Shown here one piece after another: positions 28,734-37,542 of a DNA stretch of 64,000 nt. A model generated the notes under the pieces. That model was not told the DNA's origin. It saw nothing but the letters and a program-made list of their open reading frames with translations, and did no database searches. The DNA comes from an uncultured bacterium (GTDB lineage Bacteria > SAR324 > NAC60-12), in assembly GCA_965662235.1 (NCBI GenBank), contig CBFIGY010000005.1, forward strand, positions 1-64,000, given 5' to 3'. The position numbers and the translations under genes are program-made. Within the stretch, counting starts at the first letter, position 1; every line of letters begins with the position of its first letter.

Positions 28734-31178
28734 ATGACCTCTGATCCTAACTCCTCACTGCCACCTCAATTGTTCCTGCCCATGCTACCCATGCGGGACA
28801 TTGTTGTGTTCCCGCACATGACGGCTCCGTTTTTCATCGGGCGGCCGTTGTCCATTGCGGCGCTGGAAAAGGCCCTCAACGGCGATCGCCAGATCTTTGT
28901 GGTTGCCCAAGAGGACCCGCTGGTGGAGGATCCGCAACCCGAAAACCTGTTCAAGGTGGGCACCATCGGCAAGGTGCTGCAGATCATGCGGCTCCACAAT
29001 GGCACCATCAAGGCCCTCTTTGAAGCTCAGATGCGGGGACGGCTGATTGATGTGCGCCTAGACGGTCCTCACTACGCGTCCACCGTTGAGCCCATTCAGG
29101 AAATTCCGGTGCAGACGCCGGCCATCATTGCCCTCAGCAAGAACGTCCGGAGCGAGTTCAAACGGTACCTGAAGGAAGTCAAGCGGCACACCGAAGGCGT
29201 CGAAAAGCTGGGCATTGACGCTGAGCCTCCGCATCGTCTGGCCGACCGCATTGCGCCCCTGCTGAACATGAGCCTGGACAAAAAACAGGCGCTGCTGGAA
29301 AACGCGGACCCGGCAGACCGGCTGCAGATCGTCTTTGAGCGCATGCTGGAGGAAAGCGAATTCAAGAAAGTGGAGCGCAAGCTCAAGGAACGGGTGCAGG
29401 GACAGATTGGCCGCACCCAGAAGGAGTACTACCTCAACGAGCAGATCAAGGCCATCCAGAAGGAGCTTGGTCAAGGAGACGACGGCAAGGCCGAAATTGA
29501 GGAGTACACTCAGAAGATTGAAGAGACGCCTCTGAGCAAAGAGGCCAAGGAAACGGCTGAGAAGGAGCTGAAGAAGCTCCGGATGATGCCCCCCATGTCT
29601 GCAGAAGCGAACGTCGTCCGCAACTACTTGGACTGGCTTGTTTCCATGCCGTGGGAGGACCGGACCGAAGACTGCTTTGAGCTCAACCACGCTGAGCAGG
29701 TCCTCAACGACCGGCACTATGGTCTTGAGAAGATCAAGGAGCGCATCATTGAGTACCTTGCTGTCGCGAAGCAGATGGGCAAGATGAAGGGGCCGATCAT
29801 CTGCCTCGTTGGTCCTCCAGGCGTCGGAAAGACGTCACTGGCCCGCTCTGTTGCCGAAGCCCTCGGGCGTAAGTTTGCCCGCATCAGCCTGGGAGGCGTC
29901 CGGGATGAGGCCGAGGTTCGTGGGCACCGCCGGACGTACGTCGGCGCGCTTCCGGGCAAGATCGTCCAGTCCCTCCGCAAGAGCAAGAGCCGCAACCCGC
30001 TGCTGCTGCTTGATGAGATTGACAAGATGACCCGTGGCGTCATGGGCGACCCCGCAGCAGCACTGCTGGAAGTACTGGACCCGGAACAGAACCACACCTT
30101 CATGGACCACTACCTTGAGGTGGAGTTCGATCTCTCTGACGTCCTGTTCTTCTGCACCGCCAACGTCGGCCAGAACATCCCCCGGGCCCTGCAGGACCGC
30201 ATGGAGATCATCCAGCTTTCGGGTTACACCGAGCTGGAAAAGGAGCACATTGCTCAGCAGCACCTTCTGCCGAAGCAGATTGAAGAAAACGGCCTGACGG
30301 GCAAGCAGATCCAGTTCCAGTCTGCCGCCCTGACGGAGATCATTCAGCGCTACACCCGAGAAGCCGGTGTCCGGAACCTTGAGCGGGAGATTGCCAAGGC
30401 CTGCCGGAAGGTCGCCACCCAGCTGGTCCGCTCCAAGGAAAAGAAAAAGTACGTGGTCACGCCCAAACGGGTCAACGACCTCCTCGGTGTGCCCAAGTAC
30501 AAGCACCACCGGGCAGAAGAGAAAAACGAAGTCGGCACCACTGCCGGACTCGCTTGGACCCAAGCCGGTGGCGAGATGCTGATCACCGAAGTCAGCCTCA
30601 TGAAAGGGGTCGGCAAGCTTCAGCTGACAGGGAAACTCGGAGACGTCATGAAGGAATCGGCTCAGGCCGCCATGACGTACGTCCGGACCAACGCTAACCG
30701 CCTTGGCATCTACTCGTCAGTGTTCAAGGAGTGTGACGTCCACGTGCATGTTCCGGAAGGGGCGGTCCCCAAGGACGGTCCTTCTGCCGGAGTGACCATC
30801 AGTACCTCGCTGGTGAGCGCCTTCACCGGCATTCCAGTGTGCCGAGAAGTGGCCATGACGGGAGAGATCACCCTGCGTGGGAAGGTCCTGCCAATCGGAG
30901 GCCTCAAGGAGAAGCTCCTCGCCGCCAAGCGGGGCATGATCCAGAAGGTGCTGATTCCAGAAAAGAACCGCAAGGACCTCCAGGAGATTCCAAGTGAGAT
31001 CAAGGATGCTCTGGAGATCATCCCGGTCAAGACCCTGGATGAAGTCCTCCACCACGCCCTGGAGCATTTCCCCAGCCCCGTGGTGGATCCCAAGGAGGAG
31101 TCGGCTGATGAGCCGGATGCCTCCCTCATTCCTCAACAGAACTTTGATGTCCCCTCTGGGACCTCGATTCCCTCATAA
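28734..31178 (+). CDS. lon: ATP-dependent Lon protease
   Basis: LPMRDIVVFP, GPPGVGKTS, LLDEIDK, PKDGPSAG, IGGLKEK. Confidence 0.98.
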   Translation: MTSDPNSSLPPQLFLPMLPMRDIVVFPHMTAPFFIGRPLSIAALEKALNGDRQIFVVAQEDPLVEDPQPENLFKVGTIGKVLQIMRLHNGTIKALFEAQMRGRLIDVRLDGPHYASTVEPIQEIPVQTPAIIALSKNVRSEFKRYLKEVKRHTEGVEKLGIDAEPPHRLADRIAPLLNMSLDKKQALLENADPADRLQIVFERMLEESEFKKVERKLKERVQGQIGRTQKEYYLNEQIKAIQKELGQGDDGKAEIEEYTQKIEETPLSKEAKETAEKELKKLRMMPPMSAEANVVRNYLDWLVSMPWEDRTEDCFELNHAEQVLNDRHYGLEKIKERIIEYLAVAKQMGKMKGPIICLVGPPGVGKTSLARSVAEALGRKFARISLGGVRDEAEVRGHRRTYVGALPGKIVQSLRKSKSRNPLLLLDEIDKMTRGVMGDPAAALLEVLDPEQNHTFMDHYLEVEFDLSDVLFFCTANVGQNIPRALQDRMEIIQLSGYTELEKEHIAQQHLLPKQIEENGLTGKQIQFQSAALTEIIQRYTREAGVRNLEREIAKACRKVATQLVRSKEKKKYVVTPKRVNDLLGVPKYKHHRAEEKNEVGTTAGLAWTQAGGEMLITEVSLMKGVGKLQLTGKLGDVMKESAQAAMTYVRTNANRLGIYSSVFKECDVHVHVPEGAVPKDGPSAGVTISTSLVSAFTGIPVCREVAMTGEITLRGKVLPIGGLKEKLLAAKRGMIQKVLIPEKNRKDLQEIPSEIKDALEIIPVKTLDEVLHHALEHFPSPVVDPKEESADEPDASLIPQQNFDVPSGTSIPS

Positions 31179-31190
31179 GAATTCAGATTC

Positions 31191-31757
31191 ATGAAGGCTC
31201 ACCTCTTTCAAGACACGGAAATCAGCGAAGTTGAGCAGACGCTGATCGAACAAGCCGACCAGAGCATTGCACGCTTCCTGGAAACCGACGAGACCGTTCT
31301 GCGCTTTGAGCCGATGAACTCGTACCGCCGCCGGCTGATTCACAAGCTGGGCACCGACCATGGACTGGAAAGCCACTCCGTGGGAGAGGGTCCGGGACGG
31401 GCCGTCTGCCTGCTCCGAGCCGGAGAAGCCCTCCCCGACGACTGGGAAGAGCTCCCCATCCAGCAGGTCCAACCGGCTGAAGACCCGGACCGTGAACGCC
31501 CCCCACGTGAAGCACGTCCTCCGCGTGAGCCGCGTCCGGACATTCCCCGCCCTGCGGTCATTGACCGGGGTAGCCAAACGTTCTACGCCCTCCCGGGTGC
31601 CGAAATCATTCTGCGGGCCGACGGCAGCTTCGGGGTCCGGCGTCAGGATGACCTTCCTGATGAAATCGTCCACGAACGGGTCGTGCCCAACGGCATGTTC
31701 CGGGTTCGCCAAAGCCGCATCATCTGTGCCTCGGATCCAGAATGGCGCGCGCTCTGA
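31191..31757 (+). CDS. R3H-domain nucleic-acid-binding protein
   Basis: FEPMNSYRRRLIH...LESHSVGEGPGRAV, followed by a Pro/Arg-rich linker and an unknown C-terminal domain. Confidence 0.8.
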   Translation: MKAHLFQDTEISEVEQTLIEQADQSIARFLETDETVLRFEPMNSYRRRLIHKLGTDHGLESHSVGEGPGRAVCLLRAGEALPDDWEELPIQQVQPAEDPDRERPPREARPPREPRPDIPRPAVIDRGSQTFYALPGAEIILRADGSFGVRRQDDLPDEIVHERVVPNGMFRVRQSRIICASDPEWRAL

Positions 31758-32167
31758 CGTCAGACTCCGCCTCGGTGTTTGCCCTCTCCTACCTTGGTGA
31801 CTCCCTCTATGAGCTGTGGTGCCGGGAACGGGTGCTGGAACACTTCCAGACGCCCACGGAGGTCTCACGCCGCGTGATCGGCCTGGTCCGTTGCCAAACG
31901 CAGGCTCGGCTGATCCAAGCCCTGCTGCCTCAGCTTTCAGAAGCCGAGCAGGCGGTCTTTCGTCGGGGACGGAACGCCCGTCCCACGTCGGTTCCCAAGC
32001 ATGCCACCGTCAAGGAGTACCGAGCCGCCACCGGGTTTGAGTGCCTCGTTGGGCACTGGCACCTAGAGCAGCACGGCACTCGCCTGACTGAACTGTTGGC
32101 CCGTCCTGAAGCCCAGGCCGTGCTGACGCCTTTTCTCCTGCCGACCTCTCTTTCCAAAGCGTCATGA
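31742..32167 (+). CDS. mrnC: Mini-ribonuclease III
   Basis: LSYLGDSLYEL, FRRGRNA, YRAATGFECLVG; 141 aa with no dsRBD. Confidence 0.85.
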   Translation: MARALTSDSASVFALSYLGDSLYELWCRERVLEHFQTPTEVSRRVIGLVRCQTQARLIQALLPQLSEAEQAVFRRGRNARPTSVPKHATVKEYRAATGFECLVGHWHLEQHGTRLTELLARPEAQAVLTPFLLPTSLSKAS

Positions 32168-32430
32168 CGTTGCTTGCGGCCCTTGTGCTGAGTGTGGTGA
32201 CGGTTGCGATCATCGCCTACCCCCTCTTCTTCTCCGGACTGCAGCGGTACCTGCTGCGTCAGGAAAAAACCGAGTTCAACGAGGCTGAATCCCTCCTGGC
32301 CGCGCTCAGTGAGCTGGAGGACGACTATCAGATCGGACGACTCGGCAAGAAGGATTACCAGCAGCAGAAGATCCTGCTGCAGCGCCGCTACCTGGAGCTG
32401 CGCGACGCCGAAGACGCCGCGTCCTCCTGA
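32164..32430 (+). CDS. Small single-pass membrane protein (resembles the CcmI-like N-terminus)
   Basis: N-terminal TM helix, then LSELEDDYQIGRLGKKDY. Confidence 0.65.
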   Translation: MTLLAALVLSVVTVAIIAYPLFFSGLQRYLLRQEKTEFNEAESLLAALSELEDDYQIGRLGKKDYQQQKILLQRRYLELRDAEDAASS

Positions 32431-32453
32431 CCTTTCACTGAAAAAGGAATCTC

Positions 32454-33200
32454 ATGTGGGCCGGACTTTCCTGGGAAGCGTTGGCCTTGTGCTGGCTCGT
32501 GGTCCTGGGCGCAGGTGTCGTCAGGGGCTACACCGGTTTTGGCTTCTCCGCGCTCGTGGTGGCCACGCATTCGCTGGTGCTGCCTCCGGCTGAGGTGGTG
32601 CCGTCTGCCTTCCTCATGGAGATTGTCGCCAGCCTGCACCTCCTTCCGCTGGTGTGGCGAGAGGTGGAGTGGCGCCGCGTGCTGGAACTGGGGGTGGGAG
32701 CTGCGCTGGCCATGCCGTTGGGCATCCTGGCCCTGGCCCGGCTTGATGAAGCCTCGGTCCGTCCGCTCGTCTATGGCGTCATCCTCATCTGTGCCCTGCT
32801 GTTGCTCAAGGGCATCCGCCTGGAGAAGGGGGGCGGCCGAGCCTTCACGGTGGGCACCGGCATGGTGTCGGGCTTCACCAACGGGGTTGCCGCCGTCGGA
32901 GGGCTACCGGTGGTGCTGCTCTTTCTGGCAACGCCAGCGGGCGTGGCCACGTCACGGGCGACGCTGGTGGCGTACCTCTTTGCCGGCGAGCTGTATGCCG
33001 TCTCTTGGCTGGGAACGCAGCAGCTGCTTTCCTGGGACATCGCCCTCCGGGTGCTGGTCTTCTTGCCTGCGCTGGTGATTGGGGTGTGGCTCGGCAACCG
33101 CCGGTTCGTTTCCACGCCTCCGGAGTCCTTCCGAAGGCTGACCCTCTTCCTCCTCCTGAGCCTCTGTGTGCTGGGGCTGGCCAAGAGCTTTTTCCTCTAA
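32454..33200 (+). CDS. TSUP/TauE-family membrane transporter
   Basis: AGVVRGYTGFGFS, SGFTNGVAAVGGLP, multiple TM helices. Confidence 0.88.
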   Translation: MWAGLSWEALALCWLVVLGAGVVRGYTGFGFSALVVATHSLVLPPAEVVPSAFLMEIVASLHLLPLVWREVEWRRVLELGVGAALAMPLGILALARLDEASVRPLVYGVILICALLLLKGIRLEKGGGRAFTVGTGMVSGFTNGVAAVGGLPVVLLFLATPAGVATSRATLVAYLFAGELYAVSWLGTQQLLSWDIALRVLVFLPALVIGVWLGNRRFVSTPPESFRRLTLFLLLSLCVLGLAKSFFL

Positions 33201-33287
33201 CGCACCGCCCCATCCGGCTTCCAACGTCTCATCCGGAAGCCACGCCCCCTGATTCTGAAGTTTTTTCGCAGGAATCGGTTTCTGCGT

Positions 33288-33314
33288 TAAAGTTTTCCCC
33301 CCGACTGCCGATGT
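33288..33314 (+). promoter_or_regulatory. Sigma28 (FliA) promoter
   Basis: TAAAGTTT-N11-GCCGATGT, about 70 nt upstream of the flagellin gene. Confidence 0.88.
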
Positions 33315-33383
33315 TGGACCCAAGAGCGCTCTACGGTAGCGTTGCCGAGAGTGTTTTTCACTTGTACCACCAAGGAGTCCATC

Positions 33384-34991
33384 ATGGCGATGACAATTCG
33401 ACAAAACCCCACCTCTTTGACGACATTGCGGCATGCGAGCAGCAATTTCGATCGTGTGAAGGGTGGCATCGAGCAATTGAGCTCGGGAACAAAAATCAAC
33501 CGCGGAGCGGACGGCCCTGCGTCGCTCATTGCATCGGAGCGACTGCGCGGACACATTGTGGGCTTGCAGCAAGCCTACAATAACGCCTCCACTTCGGTTT
33601 CACTGGTTCAAACCGCAGAAGGAGCCCTGAATGAAGTCAGCGGCATCCTCGTCCGGTTGAAGCAGCTGACGGTGCACGCGGCCAACGAGGCCGTCAACGA
33701 TCCGGACATGCTCCAGGCTGATCAAATGGAAATTGAGCACCTGCTGAGCACCATGGACCGGATTGCCCGCAACACGGAATTCAACGGCAAGCGACTGCTT
33801 GACGGAAGCATGGGCGCCAACGGAGTGACCGTGGGCGATCACCTGCGCTTCGTGTCGGCAGAATCCTCCACCCCGAACTCCCCGGAGTCCGGATGGAACA
33901 TCGACATCACCCAGGTCGGCACCCAGGCCCAGGTTCGTGGAACCACGGTCATCAACACCGACAACATCCGGGACGGGCTCTTCATTGTGATCAGTGAGGG
34001 CGGCAAGAACGCCACCTTGGACACACGGGAAGGCCAGATTGCCAAGGACATTGCCCAGATCCTGAAGAACCACGATGCGGCCCCTGACCGTTTCAAGGCA
34101 GAGGAAGCCAGCTCTCAGATCCGTGGCATCATCACCTATGCCCTGCAGCAGGAAATGGATGCTGCCGGCACCGACACCTACGTGTTTGAGACCCCCAGCG
34201 GTGAGCTGATGGTCCGGCACAACCAGTTCGGTGACGAGCCTTCCTTCTCCGTGACCAGCTCCATTGCCGGTGTGCTCTCCAAGGAGTCCAACGTCGCTGA
34301 ACTGGCCACCCCAGGAAAGAACGTTGAGGGAACCATCAACGGAGAGGTGGCACTGGGACGGGGACAGCTGCTGACGGCGCTGGAAGGCACCGCAGCCAGT
34401 GGCGCTACTGTCGCCTACACCCGGGAAATCGGCCTCAAGGAGGTTCCGGTCTTTGACGAAAAAGGCGCCAATGTCGGCGTGGAATTCGTGGAAGAGAGCA
34501 ACGAGGAAGTCGTGGGTGGCCCGGTCGAAGGGTACCTGCACATCTCGCAGCAGTCCAAGGAGTTCCCGGTTCACCCGAACAACGAGTTCACTCCGTCGTT
34601 CTCCTTCATCGATGTCCGCTCCCGCCGTTTGGGACAAGGCATCCCAAACAAGAGCGGCTTTGAGAGCCTCGCGGACGTGGACGTCACCTCCACCCAAGGC
34701 GCTCTGGATGCCGGACGGATTGTGGAGAACGTCATTGACGAGGTATCGCAGTTCCGAGCGCAGTTGGGCGGTTTCCAGAAAAACGCACTGGAGGCCAACC
34801 TTGAGAGCCTCAAGATTGCGGAAGAGAACCTGACCAACGCCGAGTCGATGATTCGGGATGCTGATGTGGCAGAGACGATGTCGAAGCTCACCAGTGACCA
34901 GATCATGCTCCAGGCCAGCACGGCCATGGTCGCTCAGGCCAACCAGGTTCCTCGATCGGTTCTGGGACTCGTCGAAGGCGCCGCTCGCTAA
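33384..34991 (+). CDS. fliC: Flagellin
   Basis: LSSGTKINRGAD, QTAEGALNEV, FNGKRLLDG, RAQLGGFQ, AESMIRDADVA, AQANQVP; SD AAGGAG. Confidence 0.93.
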   Translation: MAMTIRQNPTSLTTLRHASSNFDRVKGGIEQLSSGTKINRGADGPASLIASERLRGHIVGLQQAYNNASTSVSLVQTAEGALNEVSGILVRLKQLTVHAANEAVNDPDMLQADQMEIEHLLSTMDRIARNTEFNGKRLLDGSMGANGVTVGDHLRFVSAESSTPNSPESGWNIDITQVGTQAQVRGTTVINTDNIRDGLFIVISEGGKNATLDTREGQIAKDIAQILKNHDAAPDRFKAEEASSQIRGIITYALQQEMDAAGTDTYVFETPSGELMVRHNQFGDEPSFSVTSSIAGVLSKESNVAELATPGKNVEGTINGEVALGRGQLLTALEGTAASGATVAYTREIGLKEVPVFDEKGANVGVEFVEESNEEVVGGPVEGYLHISQQSKEFPVHPNNEFTPSFSFIDVRSRRLGQGIPNKSGFESLADVDVTSTQGALDAGRIVENVIDEVSQFRAQLGGFQKNALEANLESLKIAEENLTNAESMIRDADVAETMSKLTSDQIMLQASTAMVAQANQVPRSVLGLVEGAAR

Positions 34992-35111
34992 TTCGGGCTC
35001 CGTTGAGTCATCGCCAGTTCCCCCTGCTTCTCCTTGAGGGGTGGGGGGACGACGATCTGGCTCGTCCGACGGAATCCGCTTGAGCATTGAGGGCAGGAAG
35101 CCCAAGATACG

Positions 35112-35127
35112 GTGTTGTTTTCAACAC
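35112..35127. promoter_or_regulatory. Palindrome upstream of uraH
   Basis: GTGTTG-TTTT-CAACAC. Confidence 0.4.
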
Positions 35128-35151
35128 GTGACCTTGCTTCCGGAAGACCTC

Positions 35152-35508
35152 ATGAACTCGATCAGTCCCATCACCACCCACATTCTGGATACGGCTCTAG
35201 GCCGCCCTGCGGCTGGTGTGTCGGTGTCCCTCAGTCGCCTCAAGAGCGACCAGAAGCACTGGGAGGTCTTGGCAGAAGGGATCACCAATGCCGACGGCCG
35301 TGTGACCGATCTGTTGCCCGCAGAGACGGTGTTGCCCCAAGGGGTGTACCGCATGCGCTTTGCAGTCGCTTCCTACTTTGAGCAACAGGGTCAGTCGTCC
35401 TTCTACCCAGAAGTCGACATCCGCTTCCACTTCGAGCATCCCGATCAGCACTACCACATTCCCCTCCTGCTCAGTCCCTTTGGCTTCACGACTTACCGAG
35501 GAAGCTAA
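35152..35508 (+). CDS. uraH: 5-hydroxyisourate hydrolase (transthyretin-like)
   Basis: ITTHILDTALGRPA, TNADGR, HYHIPLLLSP, C-terminal YRGS. Confidence 0.95.
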   Translation: MNSISPITTHILDTALGRPAAGVSVSLSRLKSDQKHWEVLAEGITNADGRVTDLLPAETVLPQGVYRMRFAVASYFEQQGQSSFYPEVDIRFHFEHPDQHYHIPLLLSPFGFTTYRGS

Positions 35509-35514
35509 ACGCGC

Positions 35515-37071
35515 ATGACGCCTTCTGTTCTGGAACTTCAGGGGATCACCAAAGCGTTTCCCGGAGTCCTCGCCAACGACCACATCGACCTCGACCTGCG
35601 TGCCGGAGAGATCCACACGATCCTCGGCGAGAATGGTGCCGGCAAGTCCACGCTGATGAGCATCATCGCCGGACTGTATGCTCCTGACGAGGGAGAGATC
35701 CGCATTCATGGTCAGCCTGTTGTCTTCCGGAATCCCCGACAGGCCATTGAGCAGGGCATCGGCATGGTGTTTCAGCACTTCATGCTTGTCCGGAACCACA
35801 CGGTGGCTGAAAACATCATCCTCGGTCAACCGGGGGCGCAGGCGCTGGACTTCCGCAAGGTCAACCAGGAGATCCGGGACATCAGCGAGCGCTACGACCT
35901 CCAGGTCGACCCCACCCGTCGGGTCCGGGACCTTTCGGTGGGTGAGCAGCAGCGCGTGGAGATCATCAAGGTGCTGTTCCGAGGCGCCAAGGTTCTGATC
36001 CTAGATGAGCCCACAGCGGTGCTGACGCCACAGGAGTCCGAAGCCCTCTACCGCATCATGCAGCGCATGAGCGAAGGAGGACAGTCGCTGCTCTTCATCT
36101 CGCATAAGATGAAGGAGGTGATGGCGCTCTCGCACCGCATCACGGTCATTCACCACGGACGCTTGATGACGACTCTTCCGCGTGAGGAGACCACTCCGGA
36201 AGCACTTGCGTCGTGGATGATGGGGAATGCCCCCAAGGCCCAGCTGGACGCGGACGAAGCCGTGGTTCTGCAAGAAGCTCAGGCCGAACAGGTGGCGCAG
36301 CAGCAAGAAGAGGCTCAGCTGGGACGAACCCTGATCACCCTCGACTCCGTCCATGCGGTCAACGACTTGGGGCATCCGGCCCTCAAGGGCGTGTCGCTGG
36401 AACTCCGGGCAGGGGAAGTGCTCGGCATGGCAGGCGTTTCTGGAAACGGGCAGCGGGAATTGGCCGAGGTCCTGTGCGGGCTCCGGCCACTGACGTCGGG
36501 GCAGTTTCAGTTTGAAGGCACCCCGCTCACGGCTCCCGAAGTGACCGACCTGATCCAGCGAGGAGTGGGCTACATTCCAGAAGACCGCAAGAAGTTTGGG
36601 GTTGCGCCGGGAATGTCGATCGCTGAAAACTTCCTGCTGCGTGATTTCCAAAATGCGCAATTTTTCCAAAACACGCTGCTCCAGAACCAGGCCATGCAGC
36701 AGTATGGCAGCGAAAAGATGCGCGAGTTTGACGTCCGGGCGCCTTCTGAAAAAACCCGTGTGGGCCTGCTCTCTGGGGGAAACATGCAGAAGGTCATCTT
36801 GGCGCGGGAGACCTCTCGGAAGCTCAAGGTGCTGCTGGCCTGTCAGCCCACCCGAGGCCTCGACATTCACGCCACTCGCTTCATCCGAGAGTCCATTGGA
36901 CGCGGGCGGGAAGCGGGCTTGGCGGTGCTGTGGATCTCCGAAGACCTTGACGAGTTGATGCTGATGTCGGACCGCATCGCCGTCCTCTTTGATGGCCGCA
37001 TTGTCGGCACCTTGACGCGTTCCGAGGCCAGCGTCGACCAAATTGGCCGCATGATGACCGGGATGACCTGA
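35515..37071 (+). CDS. Nucleoside/purine (CUT2-type) double-domain ABC ATPase
   Basis: LGENGAGKS, GMVFQHF, GVSGNGQ, LSGGNMQK, QPTRGLD. Confidence 0.9.
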   Translation: MTPSVLELQGITKAFPGVLANDHIDLDLRAGEIHTILGENGAGKSTLMSIIAGLYAPDEGEIRIHGQPVVFRNPRQAIEQGIGMVFQHFMLVRNHTVAENIILGQPGAQALDFRKVNQEIRDISERYDLQVDPTRRVRDLSVGEQQRVEIIKVLFRGAKVLILDEPTAVLTPQESEALYRIMQRMSEGGQSLLFISHKMKEVMALSHRITVIHHGRLMTTLPREETTPEALASWMMGNAPKAQLDADEAVVLQEAQAEQVAQQQEEAQLGRTLITLDSVHAVNDLGHPALKGVSLELRAGEVLGMAGVSGNGQRELAEVLCGLRPLTSGQFQFEGTPLTAPEVTDLIQRGVGYIPEDRKKFGVAPGMSIAENFLLRDFQNAQFFQNTLLQNQAMQQYGSEKMREFDVRAPSEKTRVGLLSGGNMQKVILARETSRKLKVLLACQPTRGLDIHATRFIRESIGRGREAGLAVLWISEDLDELMLMSDRIAVLFDGRIVGTLTRSEASVDQIGRMMTGMT

Positions 37072-37542
37072 ATCGTCCCGGACCCTCTCTTTCTTTCCTC
37101 TTTGGCACACCCTCTGCTAGAGCATCAAGCATCGCGCCGGCTTCCGTGTGGCGTTTTTTGCAGAAATGCAACGGAGGGCTAAACCAATTCAAACAGTTGA
37201 CGGCCATAATCAGGCATCGTCAATCGATCTTTACATTGTTGAACAAGGTACACCAAGCATGTTGAACTTCAGTCGCCGCTCACTCCTTCAGTTGGCGGGA
37301 CGCTCCCTGACCTCAGAGAAACCGTCTCGAACCGACGGAGCATCCACGCATCCCGAAAAATTCCGTAAAGCGACCGTTGGTGCCGTCGCCTCCTCGCTTT
37401 CCTTCTCGCAGCAACCCTCCTGCTGACCCTCCCTCTTTTTCCGTTCCAGCCAGCTTTACGTCTATTTACGAATGGCTGGAATGTTTGAGTTTTTGAATAC
37501 TCTCCGAATGAGGCTGCCCCACACTCATTTCGGAGAAAACTC

